Assembly: GCA_043228905.1 (NCBI GenBank)
Contig: JBHGNT010000003.1
Location: 7,316,001 to 7,380,000 of the forward strand
Reading direction: 5' to 3'
From: Azolla caroliniana
Lineage: Eukaryota > Plantae > Polypodiophyta
DNA: 64,000 nt
Shown here: positions 47,132-60,388 of the stretch, in pieces
How positions within the stretch are numbered: the first letter of the stretch is position 1
How the letters are laid out: every line of letters starts with the position of its first letter
Notes under the pieces: generated by a model
Database searches by the model: none
What the model was told of the DNA's origin: nothing
The model's input: the letters and a program-made list of their open reading frames with translations, nothing else
Made by a program: the position numbers and the translations under genes

Positions 47132-49718
47132 ATGTCAATAGCTTCACCTTTTTCTGTCGAAGAATATTGCGATAGGACACCACCAACTATCGCTCTAAGT
47201 CATGAGTTCTCGATTGATGAGAAGATTACAATGAGGATTTCAGGTATGAAGAGAATGACATTCAAACTACCACAAGTGTTGCTGATGGTGAACAAACGTG
47301 TGCAAACGAACAAAATGAGGCAACAAAAGTATCTGTAGAAGAGATCCAATTGGCAAGACCTATGCATTTTAGGAGGGTTCCACATCGAAATAGTTGAGAT
47401 AGGTTTGCCCTCGTGACATTTGAGAACCAACTGAAAGTAGATGTCGGCAAAGACTATTGCACACGTGGTTGCATGTCTATTATTGGAAAGGATAAGTTGT
47501 GGTCTGTACGGCAATACTATTTCTCACTCATTGGTGATGAGCAACACACTTATCTTATGACACACATGCAGATAGTGAAGGACATATTTTCAGACATCAA
47601 GCTCATTCAAGTATTATATCTTCTATGGACTACAATGTTGTAGAGTTGCATTCAAGATCTCATTATGTGTTAGCAACTTGAGATTACATAGAGTGCAACA
47701 ACGAGTTCTCAATAGTGATCTCAATAACAATGGTGGCGATGTTCCAAGTATGAAGGTTGCATCCAGAAGAAATGTAATCGGTTGGATGAAGAACCATTTC
47801 AAGCTTAACTGTGAAGTAATGCCAACTACTGGTAGGTTGCACCTTTCAGATAATTACACACGAAGAGAAGTATATGATGTCTACAGATCCGATATGTTAA
47901 TGTCAAGTGATAAATACGTCACCTACAGTCAGTTCACAAGATTGTGGTCAACACAATTCACTAACATTGCAACAACTTCTCCAATGCTTGCGCTTTTTTC
48001 CGCTCCAATGCTTGCGCTTCTCAATGGGCCTATAACAACTTTTTTATTGATTTCCTTCTCCTTTGTTGTTTTGGCACCTTTAGACATGCTCTTGAGGTTT
48101 GCACAAATAGAACAATACCCCATGTGTACTCGGAGCAATATATGTGTCTAATGATTGATGGTATGAACCAGAAGAAGACGTGTCTACCTCACCTTAGGCG
48201 GCTTCCGAAAGACGTCAACGACAAATGTCTTGTTCAAATGCACTTGGTGGGTTGTTTGGCTTATAATGGGACTATTAAACCTCACGTCTTCATTACCTAC
48301 CCCAATGTCCACAACGATCCTAACCTAACAATTACTATGATTCAAAGGGTTCTAATGAATTGGGGGCACCCATTGCCCCCTGTTCTCTACATTCAATTGG
48401 AGAACACTACTAGGGAGAACAAGAATTCAACTGCCTTTGGATATTTGAGTATGTTGGTAAAACAGGGTGTGTTTAGGAAAGTGAAAGTTAACTTCCTTTT
48501 GCTTGGTCACACACATGACCATATTGATCGAATGTTCAGTACATTCTCCAAGTAGTTGTCTCGATATGATGCTTTCACATTACCGAAGTTATTTGACATC
48601 ATTTGTGATCCATATACACCACGTCTGAATGTGATCCACTTAAAGGTGATATACGACTTTAAGAGATACATAGCATATGGCTGGGAGGGGAATGTATAAG
48701 TGTTAACCCAATTGAACAATATTAGCTTCAATCACGTATTCTTGATAAAGAAAAATGATATAAGTGGTTGTACGTTGTTGCATGCAAAGCTATATATTCA
48801 TCTTCCCCACAATGGGAGCCAGAAGGTGGTTGCCAATTCTTGCTTCATATGCCATCTACTACCATTTATGGGGCAAAGCAAATGTTGATTGAGACTAAAA
48901 TGGAAATGCACATTGACTTGGTAGATGAACAAAGGAACTTCTAGATGCTAGGCTTACAAGACAAAAGGAAGCACATTGATCATGCAAAGAAGTATGTTGG
49001 ACCACAGGATACCTCATGGTGGGACATCTTCTTTAGCGATCAACAAGGAGTTATTGATAATTCCTTCCCTGGTATTTGGCCCTTGCAAATACCATTTACA
49101 TGGTGTATACAACACACGCCTAATTCTCAAACAACACCTCATGGACCTAATGTGGATCTTGACAACTTGCTCCATCCACAACAAAGAGACATTTATGTGG
49201 GACCGAGGGTCACAAAAGCAGCAGAAGCTCGTTGGCAAGGAAACATGTAGGAAATAAAGGTTGGGATGTTAATTGCCACACCTACAAATAACAATGACCT
49301 AGGGCACAAATTCTGGATTGGTAAAGTATTGGAGGTGGTGATGCATGAAAACTAAACTCAAATAAAGTCTACAAAGGTGCATTGGTACAACACTAAAAGC
49401 AAGAATGCATTTATAGGCAAGTATACATTGGAGATTATGGAATGCCCAACGTCAGGAGGAAATAGAAAGTAGAAAAGAAATATTCGTAACACATCGACCC
49501 TTGACTTGCAAGACGTGGATATCATTGTGTACGACTTTACATTGACAATAGTTGGATGTTTAAGGAAGTCAACAATAGACATAATAAAAGAGGAATTGCC
49601 AAGTCTAAAGGGCTTCTCAGATTGAAGGTGAACCAGATCTTCTACACATGATTTGGAGTCACAACATTTGCTTTTAGATGAAGACAATGCTTTGATTGGT
49701 ACATCTGATGAGGAAGAG
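47132..49718 (+). pseudogene. Decayed DDD-type DNA transposase, Sola-like; acidic tail continues at 55721 to about 55790
   Basis: Motifs MCLMIDGMNQKKTCLP, LYIQLENTTRENKN and VKVNFLLLGHTHDHIDRMFS, plus a CxxC segment (now inverted). Many stops. Confidence 0.78.
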
Positions 49719-52700
49719 TGTTACGGGCATGACCATTTAATATCCCGTGGTGAGAATTTACCGTAGTATTCTATACACGTGGATAAGTGTGAGGGTTAAA
49801 CGAGAGTGTAAAGAAGGGGAGGATTACTTTTAATCCTCGGGATTGAGACAACCCATTAGGTCAAGTGTGAACTTGCCTGGGGGCCTTGGGCATCGCTATA
49901 AATAAGAGGCCTAGTTACCCTCATTGGATCCTCTTTTGACTACATCGAGACTCTACTCTTGTGGTGGGTCAACTCTTGTAGCGAGCGCGCCAGCATCAGG
50001 TACGACTCGACGCCACGGCGGTGGTATGGGACGCCGATCGAGGCTCGAGTCCATCTCGATCCCTTCGCTCGGGGGTGGTCGGGTGGATCAGCACCCTTCT
50101 TTCTCTTCCTCCTTTCTATCTATCATTAGTTTATCCTTATTTTAAGCTTACTTTAGTAACTTATCTATCATCGTAATTACGAGACTTGAGGTTAGGTAAC
50201 GTACCAACATAGTTTTGGTAAATGAGGGCGAAATAAGGACCCTTGACATATATGCTCTTTTAAAAAAAACATATATGATCAAATGCCTCACATATCTCTT
50301 ATACACATCAAACATTAAGCATTCGAGAAGAGCAACTTACTTGGTTGGCTCAAGTGTTTAATGTATTTGTTCTCAAGGTCTCGAGTTCAAATATGACCAA
50401 GACCATACAACATCCTTCATACATATGACTATAACACATGTTTAGACTTAAGGTCTAAGTGCACCTCGGGGTCCTCGTAATAGGACTTAAAGAGCCGAAA
50501 CCACATATGTGGGCAAAGAAACATAGTTTATTGTTAACATTTTTTTCGTGTATAAACTACTCATGACGCGAACATACATGGTTGAGCCTCGGGGAGCCGC
50601 CATGAAAAAATCGATATAGAGATCAGGGAAAGACATTAAATTGTCACCCCCATGGTTTTTAAAACACCTTTGTGTTACCATAGTAACCTGATCTTGAACC
50701 TCATCTCATACGTCTAGAGGGGTATTGACGTGAGATCATGATATCGATTAATGTTTGCCCATGATATGATTACATCACGACATGATGTTATGACTATCTC
50801 TCTGACCTTATCCTATTTCTTTTCCAAAAATAATCTTTAATGGCTCAAATTAACGACCCGATGTCATCCGCTCAAGCGGAAGGAACTCAAGGGAATCCTC
50901 CTAGACAAATGTCCACTGAGATGTATTTGGCACAAATAACCCAATACCTTAGTTTCACCGCTCAACAGATAACCGAATTTCGGCAATCTCAGAGTGCTCT
51001 TGAGGCACGTGTCATTAGTCTACAACGTGAGACTAATAGACCTGATGAGAGACAAGGTGAACCATCATTTGTCATTGAGCCATTTACGGGAGACAAAAAG
51101 GAAAGAACTGAAGAAGCAATCTGCACATGGCTGGGACGATGGGAGTCTCATTTTGAGCTCTATCCCATGCCAAATAGTACGAAGATTGCATATGTCGGCC
51201 GAGAACTCGGGGGTAAGGCCGCCGCCTAGTGGCGTGGGCTCCGTACTATGGGGAAATTGCCCGATACCTTGACAAATTTTGTCACGGTTTTTAAGGGACA
51301 ATTTCTGTAACCTCCCTCTCGAACCGAGGCAGCACAAGCTTTAATGAACCTCTCTAGCAGGAAATTTTCCTCGCTAGAAGACTATGTTCACCATGCTAGA
51401 ACCCAAATCCAAAAATCGGGTCTAGAAGGGGACAATTGGTTGATAGCTTGTTTTGTCAATGGCATCCCCAATTCGGACTATCACTGGATAGTGCACGATA
51501 AGGATCCAAAATCCTTCGAAGAGGCCGTTGAAATAGTTTTTCGCTATCAACACACTTCGAAGAAGGACCACAACAAACCCAACAAAGCACCCGAGGCTAA
51601 GCAATCGCAATTTGTTGGGAAACGCAAGACACCCAACGAATTTCTAGATCGCGATTGTAAGCGACAACATCCTTTTTGCGTATTCTGCAAAAAGAAGGGT
51701 CACACAAAAGAGCAATGTCGAAAGCTCCAACGGAAAGAGCACGACAACAAAGCTAAAACTGCAGACCATAAAGGTCAGATTCCTAATGTCCTTCAGGTCT
51801 ATACACATCATTTAAGTAATTTTCAATGTTCTTTCCCTCACTATGTATTGGGTCCCAATGATTTACTACGGGCAAACGGGTATATCAATGGATCTCCCGT
51901 ACAATTTTTATTTGATTCGGGAAGCTCACACAATTTTGTGAATGATCGTTTGGTTCAGATATGGGGAATCCAACCCACCGTAAGTGATCACACCTACACG
52001 GTGCACTTGGCTGATGGAAGAGTACAATACATCAACGGGGCGATTCATTCATTAGGAATTTCTATTGATACTTATATAGAGGAAGTAGACTTCCATGTAA
52101 TGAATCTTTGTACCACCGATGTAATACATACTGGGTTATCCCTAGTTTTATAATAGAAACTCTTCTTTATCTATTGATTGGGTTCATCATTCAATTACAT
52201 TTGTACTGAACGATTGTACTCATTTTATTCAATGTGTAAAAAAACAATCCCTCTCAATTGTTTCCTCGTGTCCATCAATATCCGAGTTATCTTGTTCTAC
52301 TCTATTTTCTTGTGTACTTGATCCGGACATTCACGTTTATAATATCGATAATGTCTCGATTCAATTAACATATTTTGAACAACAACAACTTGATGAAATC
52401 TTAAATGATTTTCGTGATGTTTTTCCGAGTGAACTACCAGATGGCTTACCTCCTAAACGTAATATAGACCATCGTATAGATATTGTACCTGGTGTTGCAC
52501 CAATAAGTATACCTCCTTATCGCTTAAGTCGATCGAAGAGGATGAGGTATCTAAGCAACTCAAGGACTATTTATGAATGGGTTATATACGTTATAGTAAA
52601 TCTCCATGGGGTGCACCAGTTCTCTTGGTTAAAAAGAAAGAGGGCACATGGTGTATGTGTATTAATTACAGACGCTTGAATAAAGTGACGATCAAGAATT

Positions 52701-55700
52701 CGTATCCATTGCCACGGGCTAACGATCTAATTGACCATCTCCAGGGAGCTCGGTATTTTACGAAACTTGATCTCCGTATTGGCTACCATCAAATACGTAT
52801 AAGCGAGGGCAATGTTCCTAAAACGGCATTTCGTACGCGCTATGACCATTATGAGTTTTTGGTTATGCCTTTTGGTTTGACCAATGCTCCGGCTACTTTT
52901 CAACAAGAAATGAATGACATTTTCCGAGAACAACTTGGAAAATTTGTCGTTATTTTCTTGGATGATATTTTAGTTTATAGCCGTACATTAAAAGAACATG
53001 CTAGACATGTCCGCTTCATTTTACAAACATTGCGTGACAAACAGTTTTATGTGAAGATCTCAAAATGTGAGTTCTTCAAGAAATCAATTACTTATCTAGG
53101 ACATCTCATAACCGAACGAGGAGTTGAAATTGATCTATCTCGCATTAAGAAAATCAAGCTTTGGCCCACTCTTCGGAATATTCGAGAAGTTCGATCATTC
53201 CTTGGTTTTGTCGGGTTTTTGCGAAAGTCTCTTCGTAATTACTCCCAATTGACGACGTCGTTTACTAATCTTTTAAAAGGTCAAACACATAAGTCTACAA
53301 AACCTATTGTGTGGAATGCTACACTAGACCTCGCCTTTAAGGAACTCAAGGACCTGGTTTGCAAGGCTCCTTCACTTCTTTTACCTGATCCTTCAAAACC
53401 TTTTCAGGTTGAAACCGATGCAAGTGATTATGCTATAGGTGTTGTCTTGTATCAAGTTGGTAAACCAATAGCATTCAAGGGTAAGAAACTTGATTCTGCT
53501 CAATGTCGGTATACCGTTCAAGAAAAGGAATTATTTGCAGTTATACATGCGCTCAAAACATGGCGCCATTATCTTTATGGAAATCGCTTTGTGGTAACTA
53601 CGGACCACGAGTCCTTGAAATATTTTTGTGACCAACAAGACCTGAAAGGTCGTAAGGCACGATGGGCTGATCTCATCCAGGACTTTGATTTTTCCATACG
53701 ATATCGTAAAGGTTCCATGAACACTGTCGTTGATGCACTAAGTCACATCCGTGAAGTTAACATGCTTAGCTTCACTGAAATAACATCAGATCTTTATGAT
53801 CACCTTCGAGGAAAGTATCCTGATGACAGTTATTTTGCAAAATACTGGGCAAGAGTTGAGTCTGGAACATACACCACCACATCCTCGAAGGAATACTTCC
53901 ACATTGCTAACGGTTTGCTCTACCGTAATGGGAAGGTTTGTGTTCCAGATTTACCTGAGGTCAAAAAGAGGATTCTTTTTTAATGCCATGATGCACCCTC
54001 AGAAGGGCACCCTGGAATACATCGTACACTCATTCTCATCTCCATTCAATTTTATTGGCCTAAGATGCGTCCTGACATACATAGCTATGTGACTAAATGT
54101 CACCAATGTCAGGTTAACAAAGCCGAGCGACTTAAAGCCGCAGAACTTTTACATCCCTTGGATATTCCCAACAATAAGTGGGAAAGTATATCCATGGATT
54201 TTATTGTTAGCCTTCCTCGCACCCAAAAAGGTCATGATGCCATCTGCGTTGTCGTTGATCGACTAACTAAAATGGCCAGATTTATTGCTACTAAAACCAC
54301 GGTAACAGCTCCTGAATTGGCTTACCAATTCGTTGACGAATTATTTCATTTTTATGGGTTACCGATGGATATCGTGAGTGATCGAGATCCAAAGTTTACT
54401 AGTGACTTCTGGATGCAAGTCTTTAAGAAGTTAGAAACTACGTTAAGCATGAGCTTCACGGATCATCCTCAATCCGATGGACAGACAGAACGAGTAAATC
54501 AAATTATTGAGGACATGCTTCGAGCATACGTTGGTGCAAAACCAACAAAATGGGAACGTTATCTCCCAATTTTGGAGTTTGCTTATAACAACTCCAAGCA
54601 TACATCGACGGGATATAGTCCTTTTATGTTGATGTATGGTTTTCAGCCACGAGCCCCGATTGATGTTAATATACATCATGATGAGTTGCGAAGTACGCAA
54701 AACTTTCTTCGGGATATGCAAGATATGTTGCATATTGCACGAGATAATATAAAAACGGCTCAAGATAGAGCGCGTTTTTATGCCGACCATCATAGGCAAC
54801 CTCGTGTATTCAACCCTAGACAGAAGGTATTTTTACGTGTACCTCACAATTCTAAGACATTGTCTACGGGTAAGTGCGCTAAGTTAGCCCCACGGTTTTG
54901 TGGACCTTTTACAATCCTCAAACGCATTGGGTCATCAACCTATCGTCTCGCTCTTCCCGATGGTGTTGGAATTCATCCAGTCTTCCAAGTGAGTCATTTA
55001 AAAGAACTTCTAGGTTCTGGCGACAACACAGTTACAACTGAAACTTTGGTTACTTCTGAAGATTTATCTTCGAAACCACATGTACCAGAAAGAATTCCCA
55101 AGGTTAAAAGAAAAAAGTTACGTACTAAAGAAATCCGAGAATAAAAAATTAAATGGATTGACAAATCTATCAAAGATGCCACATGGGAACGCGAGAATAC
55201 TCTAAGAACAAACTTCCCTAACTTTCCATTGCAAGAGTGCAATGTTTTAAAGAAGGGGAGTATGTTATGGGCATGACCATTTAATATCCCGTGGTGAGAA
55301 TTTACCGTAGTATTCTATACACGTGGATAAGTGTGAGGGTTAAACGAGAGTGTAAAGAAGGGGAGGATTACTTTTAATCCTCGGGATTGAGACAACCCAT
55401 TAGGTCAAGTGTGAACTTGCCTGGGGGCCTTGGGTATCGCTATAAATAAGAGGCCTAGCTACCCTCATTGGATCATCTTTTGACTACATCGAGACTCTGC
55501 TCTTGTGGTGGGTCAACTCTTGTAGCGAGCGCGCCAGCACCAAGTACAACTCGACGCCACGGTGGTGGTATGGGACGCCAATCAAGGCTCGAGTCCGTCT
55601 CGATCCCTTCGCTCGGGGGTGGTCGGGTGGATCAGCACCCTTCTTTCTCTTTCTCCTTTCTATCTATCATTAGTTTATCCTTAAAATTTTAAGCTTACTT

Positions 55701-55720
55701 TAGTACCTAGATCTCTAATA
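49719..55720 (+). mobile_element. Ty3/Gypsy chromovirus, full-length and degenerate
   Basis: LTRs at 49719 to about 50160 and 55263-55720, TSD AAGAG, PPT AAGAAGGGGAG at 55250-55260. Confidence 0.93.
50840..55250 (+). pseudogene. Chromovirus gag-pol (gag, CCHC, protease, RT, RNase H, integrase, chromodomain)
   Basis: Motifs [54 protein letters not shown] and GPF, then PERI..KIKW..DATWE (chromodomain, about 55080-55225). Confidence 0.92.
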
Positions 55721-56734
55721 AAGAGGATGAATCACCATTGTATACTAGGCTCTATAGTAATGATTCTTATGAGAGGAATAACTCTTGATTGTATTTTTGG
55801 CATGAACGGTTAATAATATAAGCTTGTAAGAACTCAAATGATATAAAGCTAAATTGTTTTTAAATCAATGGCTCATTTTGAATATTGTTTAATATAAAAA
55901 ACATGAGTTGTTAATTTTACGGTAAAAAATATAGTGTAAATAAGTGACATTGGCCTAATTTTGTGAATTTTCCATTTTATGACATGGTGAGATTTTAAGC
56001 TTTTCCATTGAGTCTTTGGGCACATGTGATACAGGGCAGGGGGGATCAGGGCAGGAATTTGATGAGTGTCATGCCCGTCAAAAACATACACATAATAAAA
56101 ATGCCTGTCAAGTGACATATAAAGTTTAAATATGCATTTTTCATGCGAAAGGCCCCTACAAATTATGCATGTCAAATGACATGTTAAAATTCTATTTTCC
56201 ATGTCATATATATTATATATACATATACATATATCACTTATTATAGATATGAAGTGTGTATTATAATATATTGATACTATATAATTGTTTTTCCAAAAAA
56301 TTATGTATTTTTTATAACACGCTTAAAATAATATCATTATCATGTAATAATGGTATATATTCTCAAATATTTATTCTTAATTTCTTTACTAATAATATTA
56401 GTTGAAATTTGATTGAAATTTTAAACAATAACCTTTATTAAATACATATAGTAAACATTCGATTTAGTGCGCACTTTGATATGAGGGGAAAAAATGTGCA
56501 TTTAACCGAGCCACGTACTTGGGGCTTTTTACACACAATTTTTTTTTCCCCAAATTTTGTTTTCTCTGCCCATTTTAGAGAGCGTAGCCCCAACAGCCAC
56601 CGATCACACCCTGTTTGCTCCTTAATTGATCCCGCACAATTGCTTAGAATACTATTCCTTCACCACATTTCTTCTCAAAACACTATTTGTGCTCCAATCG
56701 TCTTCTCCGGGTACATAGATTTTATGTGCCTTTC

Positions 56735-57845
56735 CAGGTTTTCTAAGACCAAGGGTTTAGGGAACTCAAAAATTATTGGTTGTAGAAGAGTATGTGATGC
56801 ATGTGTCTTGTTTTTATTGCTTAATCAGATTTCATACGGTGATTAAGTTCATAAATTGTGGGTTTCTTAGATCAAGGGTTTAGGGAATTCGAAAATTATT
56901 GACTATGGAAGAGTAAACGATGTATTTGTCTTGTTTTAATTGTTGAATTGGAGTCCATATGGTGATTAGGTTCATAATTTATAGGTTTCTTAGATCGAGG
57001 TTTAGGGAAATGAAAAATAATTGATTGTAGAAGAGTTTGTGATGTATTTGTTTGGTTTTTATGGCCGAAATAGAGAGTCCATATGTCAATTAGGTTTACA
57101 AATAATGGGTGTCTTAGTCTGTGGGTTTAGGGAATTAAAAAATTATTGATTGTGGAAGAGTATGTGGTGTATTGGTCTTGTTTTTATGGCTGAATTAGAT
57201 TTCATATATCGATTAGGTTCATAAATTATGGGTTTCTTAGTCTGAGGGTTAAGGAAATTTGAAAATTATTGAATGTGGAAGAGTATGCGATGTATTTGTC
57301 TTGTTTTTATGGCTGAATTAGACTCCATATGTCGATTAGGTTCACAAATTATGGGTTTCTTAGGCCGAGGGTTAAGGGAATCCGAAAATTATTGACTGTG
57401 GAAGAGTATGTGATGTATTTGTCTTGATTTTATTGCTTAATTGAACTCTATATGGTGATTAAGTTCATAAATTATGGGTTTCTTAGGCCGAATGTCTAGG
57501 GAATTTGAAAATGATTGATTATGGAATAGTATGTGATTGATTATGGAAGAGTCCATATGGTGATTAGATTCATACATTATAGGTTTGGGAAATCGAAAAT
57601 AATCGATTGTAGAAGAGTTTGAGATGTATTCGTCTGGTTTTTATGGTTGGATTAGAGTCCACATGTCGATTAGGTCCACAAATTAAGGGTTTCTTAGTCC
57701 GAGGGTTTAGTGAATTTGAAAATATTTGATCGTAAAAGAGTATGTGATGTATTTGTCTGGTTTTTATGGCTGAATTAGAGTCCATATGTCAATTAGGTTC
57801 ACAAATATTGGGTTTCTTAGTTTGAGGGTTTGGGGGAATTAAAAA
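56735..57845. repeat. Diverged tandem repeat of about 122 bp, about nine copies, inside the pogo element
   Basis: GGGTTTCTTAG..GGGTTTAGGGAA..AAAATTATTGA..GAAGAGT..TGATGTATTTGTC recurs with a period of about 122-123 bp. Confidence 0.9.
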
Positions 57846-57893
57846 GGAATAGATAAGTCAATGTGAAATTAGCTAATTAGCTTTATTACAAAG

Positions 57894-58949
57894 ATGAATT
57901 CAACCCGCAAGCGAGGTGTTGGACCTCGTTTGAATGATGAACAAAGGCTACAAATTTTGGAGATAGTGGAACAAACATCATCTCCTTCTCTTCGCAAAAT
58001 AGGTAGAAAATTCGGTGTGAGTGAAGGTGCAATTAGAAGTTTGATCAAGAAGAAGGATGAGGTACGAATGCATGTCCAATTAAAAGATCATAATACAAGG
58101 AAAACAACTTTTCGGGGATCTAAAGGGAAATATCCTGAATTAGAAGAACGCTTGTATGCTTGTCAATTGCATTGCCTCCATCAGTTATTATGGAGAAGGC
58201 TCGACGATTGGCTACACAAATAAATATTTGTGATGATGATTTCAAAGCAACTTGGGGTTGGTTTAGGAAATTTCATCATCGCCAATGTTTGAATACTATT
58301 AGTTTGTATGGCGAAGGAGGGGCAGTTGATCGAAATGGCCCTCAATTGTTTGCTTCTTTGGAAAGGCTCTATGCTATAGTCAACAAGTATGATCCTCATT
58401 GTGTTTACAATATGGATGAAACAGGCTTGTTTTTTCGATTAGTTCCAAGATACACAATGAAGATCCTACAACAATTCAGGGTAAGAAAAAATTGTTAAAT
58501 AGAGTTACCTTAGTTGTTTGTTGTAATGCGACTGGAACTGAAATCCTATTACAATGATTGGAAAGGCTAAGGAACCTTCTTGTATTGTTGGAAATTCTTG
58601 GCCATTACCTTATTTAGCACAAAAAAATGCTTGGATTGATAATAATGCTCCTGGACATGCCGAAGCATTTGAGTGTGATGCTATCAAAGTGATTTTTTTC
58701 CCATCAAATGCTACATCATGGAAGCAACCAATGGATATGGGAATTATTGCAGCTTTGAAAAAGAGGTACAAATATCATTTGATAAGAGAAATTTTGACAT
58801 ATCATGATAGTCTAGAAAATGTTAAGATTCGTTTGGAGGATGTAGCTAAACGAATGAGAAGAGGTTCTGTTGGTTTAGCTTTTGGAAAGTCGGCACATTT
58901 GCTAGATGTTGCCAATCTCATTGTTATTGCTTGGAATGAGATCACGTAG
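57894..58949 (+). pseudogene. pogo/CENP-B-type transposase (two HTH domains plus DDE), frameshifted and internally deleted
   Basis: Motifs SLRKIGRKFGVSEGAIRSLIK, YPELEERLY, FKATWGWF, VYNMDETGLFF, DNNAPGH and FFPSNATSWKQPMDMGII. Confidence 0.9.
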
Positions 58950-60075
58950 GATCTTGTTGCTTTGTTATGTAACTACAGTTTGCTTGAAAATGCACATAAT
59001 GTAGAAGAAATTCGAGAGGAAATCATGGAATGTGTCAATGCAGATGCAAATGAATCAGAAAAACTTAATCAAAATCTCCTTTAACGCAAGCATCCAACAC
59101 TAATGAACCACTTGTAGATGATGAAAAATGATTCAGATTCTGAGTTTATTGAGATGCAAGATATGCATGGATGCTTAAAGGAAGACGATGTGATTATTCC
59201 TAAAGTATTGCAAAATATTGTTGATATTGAACTCATGGTCAACTCGATAATGACAACAACTTATCTAAGTTCTGAGAAAGCAAAGTAAGTGAAATTAGCT
59301 GTATCGAGTGCTCGTAGAATTATTCAAGAAGCAAATTCTGCTATTGTTTCTAAGCGTATCGCTAAAAGTAGGCAAATAACCGTACATGATTTTGGTATGA
59401 AATAGCGAAAGACTTAGAAATCTTATTTTTGTTGATGTTTTGCGATTGTTCTAATCAATCTTAAAAGTAGGCACATGACCTTACATGATTTTGGTATGAA
59501 ATTGCGAAAGAACTTAGAAATCTTATTTTTATTAATGATTTTATTGTTTTTTGAATTATTGGAACATAGTTTCAATTTGGTTCAATGTATTTTTTTACAA
59601 AACAATGTAATTTTTTTGAACAGGAATTTGACATCTATAAAAGGCGCATTTAATAGAATGACAAACTTAATTGGACACGTACTTAACCGAATGGTTACTG
59701 TACTTTAAGAGTGTATAACTCTAGGTTTGATTTTAATGTTTTAAGTTTTAAGTTAAAACTAAATTTTTTACTTACATAAAATTTTAAGTTAAAATTAAAT
59801 TTTTACTAACCTTTTTTTTTATACTTATTAGTAAAAACATTAATATGATATTAATTTTATGTATTTCATTATCTTTGTGAGGTAGTAATGTTTATTTGTG
59901 CACTTTCTATAATAATGAAATGTATTAACAATGAAGCATCATATAGAACTATCATTATTAAAATTTGTATGTCAAATGACAGGTTAGTTTTTGCACTCTT
60001 GGGCCATATGACATACATCTTTAAAAAATGCCCAAGAGAAAATAAAATAAAGAATAATATTAGGAGAAAATAAAA

Positions 60076-60388
60076 GGGAAAAGTACCAGGATACCCCTGG
60101 AAGTTCGTCTATTTACCAGAATGCCCCTGGAAGTTCCAAATTTACCAAACTATCCCTATGTCCAAAAAATAACACTTTATAAAGTAATTATACACTCAAA
60201 TCTACAAGGTCTATTTACCAAAGATGGAAGAAATGGACCCGAACTAGCCCTATTTACCAAAGATTTGATTGTGTAATTACTTTATAAAGTGTAATTTTTT
60301 GGACATAGGGGTAGTTTGGTAAACTTGGAACTTCCAGGGGCATTCTGGTAAATAGATGAACTTCAAGGGGTATCCTGGTACTTTTCCC
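60076..60388. mobile_element. Mutator-like MITE (foldback)
   Basis: TIRs of about 125 bp starting GGGAAAAGTACCAGGATACCCC; 9-bp TSD AAAATAAAA/AAAATAAAC. Confidence 0.88.

Larger units (their letters stand above)
56449..59700 (+). mobile_element. pogo/Tigger-like (Tc1/mariner superfamily) DNA transposon
   Basis: TA flanks and imperfect TIRs of about 23 bp (TAGTAAACATTCGATTTAGTGCG versus reverse complement CAGTAACCATTCGGTTAAGTACG), with an internal transposase remnant. Confidence 0.85.

Noticed and set aside
59365-59545. Direct duplication of about 75 bp near the pogo 3' end
   Set aside because: It is a simple local duplication with no further structure.
56030-60040. Possible outer TIR element around the pogo (TGTCA..TGACA motifs at about 56105-56185 and 59970)
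   Set aside because: The similarity is short, and no termini or TSD could be defined.
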